64,000 nucleotides of DNA, from positions 20,268-84,267 of the forward strand of contig JAJEJG010000002.1 of the NCBI GenBank assembly GCA_022828225.1, written 5' to 3'. The translations under genes and the position numbers were made by a program. Origin of the DNA: Nitrospirales bacterium (lineage in GTDB: Bacteria; Nitrospirota; Nitrospiria; Nitrospirales; UBA8639). This document shows, one piece after another, positions 55,250 through 63,059 of the stretch (the stretch's first letter is position 1; every line of letters begins with the position of its first letter). A model generated the notes under the pieces. That model searched no databases, was not told the DNA's origin, and saw nothing but the letters and a program-made list of their open reading frames with translations.

Positions 55250-55362
55250 TGTCATCCCCGACCTGATCGGGGATCCAGTGTCTTTACGGACGAAAAAAAG
55301 AAAAACCCTGGATCCTCGATTAAAAATGTCGAGGATGACAGAAAGAAGCGGCGGGAATGACA
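55250..55362. repeat. Family-A compound element (A11)
   Basis: TGTCATCCCCGACCTGATCGGGGATCCAGTGTCTTT...CTGGATCCTCGATTAAAAATGTCGAGGATGACAGAAAGAAGCGGCGGGAATGACA. The spacer is near-identical to A10. Confidence 0.85.
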
Positions 55363-55466
55363 GAAGGGCGTTTTTTTCAGATCAAGAGAATCAAACACTT
55401 CATCTCCGATTGTAAAGGGAGAAACAGCCTCGTGCCAACTGAAAAACGCGGATGGATCGGGTTGCC

Positions 55467-56630
55467 TCAAAACAGGTCGAGTTGACCCTTCGGTGGTCTG
55501 GTGAAGGTCGCGGGAACGGCATCGTCTCGATCTAATCGATCAAAGCCTTCTTTGCGAAACGCCAAATTGAACAACTGTTCGATGGTGTGCCAGGTCGAGC
55601 CCCGGCCTTGATGACGCGCGAAGAACCGCTTTTCCTCCAACGTCCCGCCCCTGGTCTCTTTGAGGCGATTGGCGATTTTCTTGATGCGGTCGGGAAAGGC
55701 CTCGGCCATCCGTTCCAGAAACACCGGTTGCACGTTGTCGTTCAGCCGCAACAACGTATACGCGGCGCCTGTAGCGCCGGCCTGTCTCGCGCGGTGAAGA
55801 ATCTCCGGAATGTCCTGCTCATTCAGTCCCGGAATGACGGGACCGATCATCACGGCCGTGGAGATGCCGGCCGCGGACAGGGCGGCCATGGCTTCCAAGC
55901 GTTTGGTGATGGACGGCGTTTGTGGTTCGACTTTTCGAGCGACTTCGTTGTCTGCAAACGGGATGCTGAAATACACGCGGATCCAAGCCCGTTCATGGAG
56001 GACTTGCAGCAGGTCGAGATCCCGTTGAATGAGCGCGGCTTTGGTAATCACGGTGACGGGGTTGCGAAATTCGGCGCACACGGCCAAACAGGCGCGGGTG
56101 AGTTCATACGTGGCTTCCAACGGTTGATAGCAGTCGGTGTTGCCGGAAAAGACCACGAGTTCACCTTTCCACGAGGGTTTCAAGAACGCCGCGCGAAGGG
56201 CCGTGGCCGCGTTGGGTTTCACGATGAGTTTGGATTCGAAATCCGTACCCGCGCCGAAACCCCAATACTGGTGACTTGGTCGTGCATAGCAATAGGCGCA
56301 GGCATGAAAGCAGCCGCGATACGGGTTCACGCTCCACCGGAAGGGCAGGTCCGGGCTGTCGTTGCGACTCAGAATGGCTCCGGTCTGTTCCTCAAAAACC
56401 TGAGTCGCGACGTTGGGCGCCGGTTCGAGAAGTTCCCGGTGATGCGAGTCAAAGGGGTTGGGCGGATTGGCGATGGGCTTCACGTGTTCATCTCCCGGCG
56501 AAGTGGTCGATTGGCTCGAATCCCACGTCCAATCATACCGCTCCCTGCAACTTGAACCAACCGGCTTTCTTTGAATCCAACCCGTTGTCTCGCCCCAAGC
56601 AATGCGGTAGACTGCACTACTCTGCTGCAT
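55467..56630 (-). CDS. PA0069-family radical SAM protein
   Basis: NPPNPF N-terminal motif. RGCFHACAYCYARP (CxxxCxxC). Start is uncertain, either ATG 56630 or GTG 56483. Confidence 0.75.
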   Translation of the reverse strand: MQQSSAVYRIAWGETTGWIQRKPVGSSCRERYDWTWDSSQSTTSPGDEHVKPIANPPNPFDSHHRELLEPAPNVATQVFEEQTGAILSRNDSPDLPFRWSVNPYRGCFHACAYCYARPSHQYWGFGAGTDFESKLIVKPNAATALRAAFLKPSWKGELVVFSGNTDCYQPLEATYELTRACLAVCAEFRNPVTVITKAALIQRDLDLLQVLHERAWIRVYFSIPFADNEVARKVEPQTPSITKRLEAMAALSAAGISTAVMIGPVIPGLNEQDIPEILHRARQAGATGAAYTLLRLNDNVQPVFLERMAEAFPDRIKKIANRLKETRGGTLEEKRFFARHQGRGSTWHTIEQLFNLAFRKEGFDRLDRDDAVPATFTRPPKGQLDLF

Positions 56631-56657
56631 CCTGCCTTACGCGGCACATCGTTGGTT

Positions 56658-56734
56658 GCCCCCGTAGCTCAGGTGGATAGAGCAACGGTTTCCTAAACCG
56701 CAGGTCGGACGTTCAAATCGTCTCGGGGGCACCA
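56658..56734 (+). tRNA. tRNA-Arg (anticodon CCT)
   Basis: Manual cloverleaf. Acceptor GCCCCCG/CGGGGGC. D-arm GCTC-AGGTGGATA-GAGC. Anticodon arm ACGGT-TTCCTAA-ACCGC. T-arm GGACG-TTCAAAT-CGTCT. Discriminator A and encoded CCA. 77 nt. Confidence 0.9.
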
Positions 56735-56860
56735 TGTCTTGATAGCAGGCCATATGAGAGAATTCCGCGTCTTCTGTTCAAATCAGATCAAACTGCGACA
56801 CACGGTTGATGGCGAATCAGCCGAATGGGTGGCGTCCGGGCTATGAAGGGAGACCGTATT

Positions 56861-58717
56861 ATGTTTCGTCATGTTCGTCTGTTCGGTATTCTTGTTGTCA
56901 TCTTTGGTTTCACCGGTAGCGCCTGGGGCCAGAATTTCAGCGACGTCGTCGTATTCGGCGACAGCCTGAGCGACTCGGGCAATGCAGGAAGCTTGCAACC
57001 ACTGCCTCCGGGCACCAGCTTCACCACTAATCCCGATCCGGTCTGGTCCGAGATCGTTGCGGAAAATTTCAGCGCGTCGGGCATGAACTCGCTCGCCGGC
57101 GGGCCAAACTACGCTTTTGCCGGGGCCTGCGTGAATCCGGCTACGCCTTGCACTTTTGATGTGGTGCCGACGGTGACGGAGCAGATCGAACAGTACTTCT
57201 TGAGATCGGACGGGCAAGCCGACCCGAACGCGCTCTATGTCATCTGGGGCGGCGGGAACGACGTCGCCGACTCCGCGGGAAGTGACCCGCTTAACGCGGC
57301 AAGACATACGGTGATGGCTGCAAGCGTCAACGTTCAGCAGATACGGCGTCTTCAGGACGCCGGCGCCCGTACTATCGTGGTGTACAACCTGCCCGATATC
57401 AGCAAATCCCCTTATGCCGGCAATCAAGGTCCGCTGGTCCAGGGAGCATTGACCCAACTGGTTACCGCCTACAACGAGGGGCTTCATGCCGGCATTCGCG
57501 AAAGCGAGAATGGGATCGTTCCCATCAACGTCTTTGCTTTTGCGAATGAAATCGTCGAAAACCCCGGGACGTATGGCTTCCTCAACGTCACCGGCACGGC
57601 TTGCGGGGAGCCGGATGCCACAAGTGCGGTTTCGATCACGTGCGGCCCGCAGGGCTCCGGTTATCCCGTTTCCTATGAAGATGGTGCCAACCGGCAATAT
57701 CTGTTCGCGGACCGGAGCCACCCCAGCGGCGCGATGCACGCGATGATCGCGAGTCTGGTCACCTCCACGCTGGCGGCTCCGGTTCAGGTGTCCCTTGCCG
57801 GCGAAGGGGGCGTCGAGATGGCGAACATTCACCGTAGCGCCGTATCAGCCGAGCGGATGACGGATCTCGGGCTCGACCGTTCGGTCGGGAGTTGGCGCGC
57901 CTACGTGACGGGTCGCATCGGTCAGTATGAGCTGGATGCCCTGCCGCGTCTCGGCGAAACGCAAGCCGACGTGCAGGTGTTCACCCTGGGAGCCAACCAC
58001 CGGCCGGGAACCAATCTGTGGTGGGGCGCTGCCTTGAGCTTTGGGTGGTATAACAATGACGCCTCGGGTGCGAGTCTCGAGAGCAGTGCGGTAATCGGGT
58101 CGGTGCACGGCACGTGGCGCCGCGGCGGCCTCTACGTGAGCGGCGCCCTGAGCGCGGGCAGTACGTCGGTGGACGTCAAGCGCTCGATCACTTTCGGCCC
58201 TGTCGTGCGTGCCGAGCAGGGCTCCACCAGCGCCGGTCAGTTCGGAGCTGAATTCGATACAGGCTGGATGCTTGGTGATCCCGGTGGTCTCCAACACGGT
58301 CCCTTCCTGGGTCTGGCCTGGCTCAATCAGTCGGTCGACGGGTTCCGGGAGAGCGGAAGTCGCTCCACCGCGATGAACTTCTCCGGCTTCGACCGGGACT
58401 CCCTCATCGCGCGTGCGGGCTACCGCGTCACGAGGACTTTAACCTTGAATCGCGTGGGGCTGCGCCCTTATGCCAATCTCGCCTATGCGAAGGAGTTCAA
58501 GGACGATCCCATTGCGGTGACCGCGGGCTCCAATACCATGCCGGGGCGTTTTACTCTCTCGGGTTTCACCCCGCCGCGCCATTGGGGCAGCGCCGATCTT
58601 GGTGTCGTCGTGAGCCTGTTTGAGAAAGCAAACGTCTTCGCCGGATACACCGGACGATACGGTAGCGAGTCCCGTCTGGACCACAGGGTGAACCTCGGAG
58701 TGAGTATGACCTTCTGA
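56861..58717 (+). CDS. SGNH/GDSL esterase autotransporter (EstA-like)
   Basis: Signal peptide. VVVFGDSLSDSGN (GDSL block I). C-terminal ~280-aa autotransporter beta-domain ending ...LGVSMTF. Confidence 0.85.
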   Translation: MFRHVRLFGILVVIFGFTGSAWGQNFSDVVVFGDSLSDSGNAGSLQPLPPGTSFTTNPDPVWSEIVAENFSASGMNSLAGGPNYAFAGACVNPATPCTFDVVPTVTEQIEQYFLRSDGQADPNALYVIWGGGNDVADSAGSDPLNAARHTVMAASVNVQQIRRLQDAGARTIVVYNLPDISKSPYAGNQGPLVQGALTQLVTAYNEGLHAGIRESENGIVPINVFAFANEIVENPGTYGFLNVTGTACGEPDATSAVSITCGPQGSGYPVSYEDGANRQYLFADRSHPSGAMHAMIASLVTSTLAAPVQVSLAGEGGVEMANIHRSAVSAERMTDLGLDRSVGSWRAYVTGRIGQYELDALPRLGETQADVQVFTLGANHRPGTNLWWGAALSFGWYNNDASGASLESSAVIGSVHGTWRRGGLYVSGALSAGSTSVDVKRSITFGPVVRAEQGSTSAGQFGAEFDTGWMLGDPGGLQHGPFLGLAWLNQSVDGFRESGSRSTAMNFSGFDRDSLIARAGYRVTRTLTLNRVGLRPYANLAYAKEFKDDPIAVTAGSNTMPGRFTLSGFTPPRHWGSADLGVVVSLFEKANVFAGYTGRYGSESRLDHRVNLGVSMTF

Positions 58718-58839
58718 CCCGTGTTTTGACAGACCTATCAGCGAAGAGAGAACATGTACTCACATTCCTCATGCGCGGGTCAAACCGTTGACGACGCGTT
58801 CTGTCTGATTGCGCTAATGTCGGGTTCCTTCTATCAGAC

Positions 58840-58868
58840 TTGCGCCATTTTGCCTTTTGGTGTATTGT
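58840..58868 (+). promoter_or_regulatory. Candidate promoter of vapB/vapC, possibly giving a leaderless transcript
   Basis: TTGCGC (58840-58845), 17-nt spacer, TATTGT (58863-58868). The ATG lies only 6 nt downstream of the -10 element. Confidence 0.3.
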
Positions 58869-58874
58869 AGGTGT

Positions 58875-59084
58875 ATGGCGCGTACCAATATAGATATCGA
58901 CGATCAGGCCTGCGCCGATGTGATGCGGCGTTATCAGCTTGCGACCAAGCGTGAGGCCGTTAACTTTGCCCTGCGGACGCTGGCGACCGAACCTATGTCG
59001 GTCGAGAAGGCTCGTGCGCTCCGAGGGATTGGGTGGGAAGGCGACCTCGAGGCGATGCGTTCCGGCCGGTTGCCGTGGTCCTGA
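58875..59084 (+). CDS. vapB: VapB-family antitoxin (DUF2191-type)
   Basis: MARTNIDIDDQACADVMRRYQLATKREAVNFALRTLA is the characteristic N-terminus. Overlaps the vapC start. Confidence 0.8.
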   Translation: MARTNIDIDDQACADVMRRYQLATKREAVNFALRTLATEPMSVEKARALRGIGWEGDLEAMRSGRLPWS

Positions 59085-59476
59085 TCGACACCTCAGCTTG
59101 GATAGAGTTCCTGCGGGACACGGGGTCAGCGGTGTGTGTTCTCGTGGATGAGTTGCTGGCGCGCGAGGTGGCCATCTGCGACGCCGTACGGATGGAGGTG
59201 CTCGCCGGGGCGCGGGACGAGGCACATCTGTTGAACCTCCGACGGCTCTTGGCGAGGGCCACAGTGATACCCACGCGGGCGACTGACTATGAAGACGCCG
59301 CCGCTCTATATCGCCGTTGCCGAACGCAAGGAGAAACCGTTCGCAGGCTGATCGACTGTCTCATTGCCTCGATCGCCATACGCGCCGGGGTGCCGATTTT
59401 GCATAACGACGCTGATTTCCACGTCCTTGCACGCCACACGGAACTGCAAATCCATGAAGCTATAATCACAAGCTGA
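59075..59476 (+). CDS. vapC: PIN-domain toxin VapC
   Basis: VVLIDTSAWIEFLR...RMEVLAGA...LIDCLIASIAIRAGVPILHNDADF. GTG 59075 overlaps the antitoxin by 10 nt. Confidence 0.82.
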   Translation: MVLIDTSAWIEFLRDTGSAVCVLVDELLAREVAICDAVRMEVLAGARDEAHLLNLRRLLARATVIPTRATDYEDAAALYRRCRTQGETVRRLIDCLIASIAIRAGVPILHNDADFHVLARHTELQIHEAIITS

Positions 59477-59501
59477 TTCCACACCATACCGGCCTTTGAA
59501 A

Positions 59502-60425
59502 TCAGGGGGCTTGGATTTCGTGGGTGGGTTGAATGTCGATGCGTTCACCGAAGGTGTCGAGCGTGCCGACTCCGAAGTGGGGATTGTCAACCATCGTGGT
59601 GTGAGCCATGCGACGATCCGTGGCGTTCTCGAATTCGAACCTGACTTGCAGCGTATCGTCTTTCAGCACGATGGCCTTCATATCCAGAATCCCGCCCATG
59701 CCGGGATGCCATGCGACCAAGGTGTAGACGCCTTCCGGGATGTCCGAGATGGTGAACCGGCCTTCGGCATCGGTCACTGCATAATAGGGATTGGTCACGG
59801 CCACGCCCCAGGTTTGCATGAACTCGTGAAATCCGCATTCCAGGTAAAAGATCCGGCGTCCTTTGGTAAAGGCGATCGTATCGACGAGCGGCGTGCCCGG
59901 GAGGTGATCGTGGGCCCCGGCGTCGTTCTTGGGGTGATGGGGATTCATCCGCAACGGGCGATGGAATATCACTTCGGACTCGAAGGGTGCGACTTCGTAC
60001 ATCTGGATGTCGTGAATAATGGGATCCATGTTCACGATCCGGAGGTCCTGCCGGTTCCGTACCGCCATGACCGGGGGCGTGAGCGTACAATCCCGGGCTT
60101 CTATAGTGGGTGAGGCAGCGGGAAATGGTTTCCCTTGCTCAACGCCTTCCAACATGACCACGGCATGTTGCAGGCCTCCGTCCTGTGCGACGCGGACCTG
60201 GTCAAGCAGTCGCCAGACCGTACCGGTGGAAATACGGCCGCAAAACACGGTTTCGGGATAGGTAATGAGGTTAAACGCCTTGGGCGGCGGCGGGGCACCG
60301 TTCAGGACGACTTTCCCCGACACATGGCCGCCGTTGGTGACGGGCTGCTCGGTATAAGCCCAACCCGGTGAACCAGCTAGCAGGGCGAGGATGACGCTGA
60401 GCAGTCCTATCGGGACAGTTTTCAT
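59502..60425 (-). CDS. Secreted cupredoxin-like protein with carboxypeptidase-regulatory-like C-terminal domain
   Basis: Signal peptide. IVNMDPIIHDIQ and YLECGFHEFM (CxxHxxM, an amicyanin-type type-1 Cu loop). DAEGRFTISDIPEGVYTLVAWH is a CarboxypepD_reg-like motif. Confidence 0.5.
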   Translation of the reverse strand: MKTVPIGLLSVILALLAGSPGWAYTEQPVTNGGHVSGKVVLNGAPPPPKAFNLITYPETVFCGRISTGTVWRLLDQVRVAQDGGLQHAVVMLEGVEQGKPFPAASPTIEARDCTLTPPVMAVRNRQDLRIVNMDPIIHDIQMYEVAPFESEVIFHRPLRMNPHHPKNDAGAHDHLPGTPLVDTIAFTKGRRIFYLECGFHEFMQTWGVAVTNPYYAVTDAEGRFTISDIPEGVYTLVAWHPGMGGILDMKAIVLKDDTLQVRFEFENATDRRMAHTTMVDNPHFGVGTLDTFGERIDIQPTHEIQAP

Positions 60426-60494
60426 TGAAAACCAGGTTTCATAAATGGGAAAGATGGGACTGACGGGGCGATGATGGTGTTCTCTCCAACCTTT

Positions 60495-60635
60495 GGAACC
60501 TCTGATTTTTGTGATAGCGGGATGCAGGGCAAGGCGTCCCGCAGCGAAACCCGAGGCTTATCACAGAGATAGGTGAGTGTTGAGCGAGGACACAACGCCG
60601 CCATGCGCCCGATGGTGCAAAAAATCAGCGGTTCC
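60495..60635. mobile_element. Family-E MITE-like element, full copy E2 (141 bp)
   Basis: GGAACCTCTGATTT...AAATCAGCGGTTCC. Collinear with E1 along its whole length, with few substitutions. Confidence 0.8.
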
Positions 60636-60637
60636 GG

Positions 60638-61141
60638 TTATTTTACGCTGACCCGTTCGGCCGCGTCCTTCTTGGGCCGTCCCTGTTTGGCCCGGGTTCT
60701 GGCGCGAGTGTTTAACGTCGTGTCGTCCGTCAGATAAAAGAATTGATCGTCCACCGACAACTTGTCGGACCAAGCCCGACAGGCGTCGCACATCCGGATC
60801 TTGCGACGGTCTGGACTCCAAAAGCGTTTTTCGCAATGGCAGGCTTTTCCGCAGAGGCAACTCACCCAGCCTGCATAGGGAGATGGTTCGGGTTCCGGAA
60901 TCTCCTGTTGGTCGACCAGTTCCCGCGCCTTTTCGACGGCACGGGCCCATGACCCCCAATGCCGAACAAAAAATTGAACCGAATATGCTTTCTCTTCGGC
61001 AAGATCGTATTCCAACTGTGTCAAATGAGGACGGCCTTCCTGACCCATGAATCGCGCCAATTCCTGCAAAGCTTGGTGTCGTTTCCAGGCGCTGAGCGGT
61101 TCCAACGTTCCGCGGCCTCCCGCGTTCTTAGTTTTTGGCAT
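60638..61141 (-). CDS. Hypothetical protein: HEARO-like helical repeat + Cys-rich module + basic tail
   Basis: LQELARFMGQEGRPHLTQLEY...FFVRHWGSWARAVEKA resembles homing-endonuclease-associated repeats. CLCGKACHC...CDAC. C-terminal RARTRAKQGRPKK. Confidence 0.4.
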   Translation of the reverse strand: MPKTKNAGGRGTLEPLSAWKRHQALQELARFMGQEGRPHLTQLEYDLAEEKAYSVQFFVRHWGSWARAVEKARELVDQQEIPEPEPSPYAGWVSCLCGKACHCEKRFWSPDRRKIRMCDACRAWSDKLSVDDQFFYLTDDTTLNTRARTRAKQGRPKKDAAERVSVK

Positions 61142-61565
61142 GGTGCAACCCCTTATGTCTATATCCAACCGGTCTTCTGCAGTACAGGTGGATTACCTTA
61201 AGTTTTGAATCGTACGACAAAGACTATGTATTTTCCAGTCCATTTCATTATTATAACCACACCGGGGGAAAAAGGTAAGGCGACGCCCTAAAACCGTGAA
61301 AACCCCGGCGGTTGGCTACGGTTTCTTGGCAAAATTAACCGCACCCAATTTTCAAATTTAAACAGAATAACATGAAATTCATGGCAAAGCCAGTAAAAAA
61401 AGAAAAAAATGATGAGTGATCAGTTTGAAAGGGATGTAGGCGGTCGCTCGTGACAAGGGACCGGCTGAAATGTTATTTAAGGTCAAGCACTTAGGTAGAC
61501 TTGGGAGCGAAATTTGTAGTGCCGTCGGGGAGGCCTGATCTGCGTGCCTCTTCGATCAGAAGGGC

Positions 61566-63059
61566 TTGAGCGTGGGTTTATCCATCGACAGGGAAACATT
61601 TTCTCAAGCGGATTACGAACTGTTCGCCGAACGTCTCAACCAGAGCCTGGCGGTGCTCCGCGACCTGCTCAATCGTCCAGGGTTCGGCGACGGCCCCGCG
61701 ACCCTGGGCGCGGAAATGGAGCTTTCCATCGTGGACCGGGAGGGGAATGCGTACCCCATCAACCGGTCGGTGCTGGCCGGGAATCTTGATCCGTCGTTCC
61801 AATTGGAACTGGACCGCTTCAATCTGGAGTACAATACGTCGCCCGTTGCCCTGGCCGGGACTCCCTTCAGTCGAATCGAGTCCGAGTTGACCCAAGCCCT
61901 GGAAACCCTCAACCGCCTGGCAAGCGCCAGAGGCGGACGTATCGTCCCGATCGGTATTCTTCCGACTTTAATGGAAAAGGATCTGCAACCTTCGGCCCTG
62001 ACCGACCTTCCCAGGTATCGTGCGCTTTCCACCGCGTTGCGGGAATTGCGCGACCGGCCGTTTCAGGTTCGCATCAACGGGCTCGACCGGCTCGACGTGA
62101 CCTGCGACGACGTCACACTGGAAGGGGCGAATACCTCTTTCCAGGTGCATCTTCGGGTTCGGCCGTCGGACTTCGCCGCGCTGTACAATGCCGCCCAGCT
62201 CGTCAGCCCCATCGTGGTTGCGGTGAGTGCGAATTCTCCGTTGTTTTTGGGACACCGCTTGTGGGACGAGACCAGGGTGGCCCTGTTCAAGCAGTCCGTA
62301 GACAGTCGGCCTCCCCGGGAAGGCGATTGGCATCTGCCCGGGCGCGTGTCCTACGGGTTGGGGTGGGTGCGCCAGGGCGCGTATGAGCTGTTCGCGGAAG
62401 CCGTCGGGCTGTTCCCCCCGTTGTTGCCCGTATCGGGCGCGCAGCCCCCCTTGGAACAGCATCGGCAGGGGGCCTTGCCGCAGTTGGACGAATTGCGGTT
62501 GCATCAGGGGACCGTGTGGCGGTGGAATCGTCCCGTCTATGATCCCAAACACGGCGGGCATCTGCGGATCGAGTTCCGGTCGTTGCCCTCGGGTCCCACA
62601 CCCCTGGACATGGTAGCGAACACTGCGTTTCTGGTGGGTATGGTGCAGGGCCTCGCGTCACAGATGGACGAACTCCTCCCGAGTTTTCCATTCGAGTATG
62701 CGCACCACAATTTCTACCGCGGGGCGCAATTCGGCCTGGACGCCGTTCTGCTGTGGCCTTCCACGCAGTATCCTTCGCCGAGGGAAAGGCCGGTGTGCGA
62801 CTTGGCCCTCGAGATGCTGCCGGTCGCGGAGCGGGGATTGTCGCAATTGGGGGTCGAGTCGAAAGAAAGGGAGCGTATGACGGAAGTCATCCGGACACGC
62901 ATTGAACGCCGCTGCACGGGCGCCCGCTGGCAACGCCGGATGCTGGATCACCTGGAACAACGCGTCTCGCGACGGCAGGCGGTCGCGCACATGCTGGACC
63001 AATATCTGGAACACACGACCCGCGGCTGTCCCGTAGGAGAATGGACGGTACCCGATTGA
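61566..63059 (+). CDS. Glutamate-cysteine ligase family 2 (GCS2, carboxylate-amine ligase)
   Basis: 497 aa. TLGAEMELSIVD...FNLEYNT...NTSFQVHL are typical GCS2/YbdK-type blocks. Start is TTG 61566 or GTG 61572. Confidence 0.55.
   Translation: MSVGLSIDRETFSQADYELFAERLNQSLAVLRDLLNRPGFGDGPATLGAEMELSIVDREGNAYPINRSVLAGNLDPSFQLELDRFNLEYNTSPVALAGTPFSRIESELTQALETLNRLASARGGRIVPIGILPTLMEKDLQPSALTDLPRYRALSTALRELRDRPFQVRINGLDRLDVTCDDVTLEGANTSFQVHLRVRPSDFAALYNAAQLVSPIVVAVSANSPLFLGHRLWDETRVALFKQSVDSRPPREGDWHLPGRVSYGLGWVRQGAYELFAEAVGLFPPLLPVSGAQPPLEQHRQGALPQLDELRLHQGTVWRWNRPVYDPKHGGHLRIEFRSLPSGPTPLDMVANTAFLVGMVQGLASQMDELLPSFPFEYAHHNFYRGAQFGLDAVLLWPSTQYPSPRERPVCDLALEMLPVAERGLSQLGVESKERERMTEVIRTRIERRCTGARWQRRMLDHLEQRVSRRQAVAHMLDQYLEHTTRGCPVGEWTVPD

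Noticed and set aside
56776-56784. GTTCAAATC repeat of the tRNA-Arg T-loop, 42 bp downstream of the tRNA, as an att site.
   Set aside because: It is only 9 nt long and sits immediately next to the tRNA, with no integrase and no distal partner.
61372-61419. 15-codon Lys-rich mini-ORF (MKFMAKPVKKEKNDE) in the AT-rich region, as a possible leader peptide.
   Set aside because: There is no Shine-Dalgarno sequence and no regulatory codon run, and such an ORF is expected by chance in AT-rich DNA.
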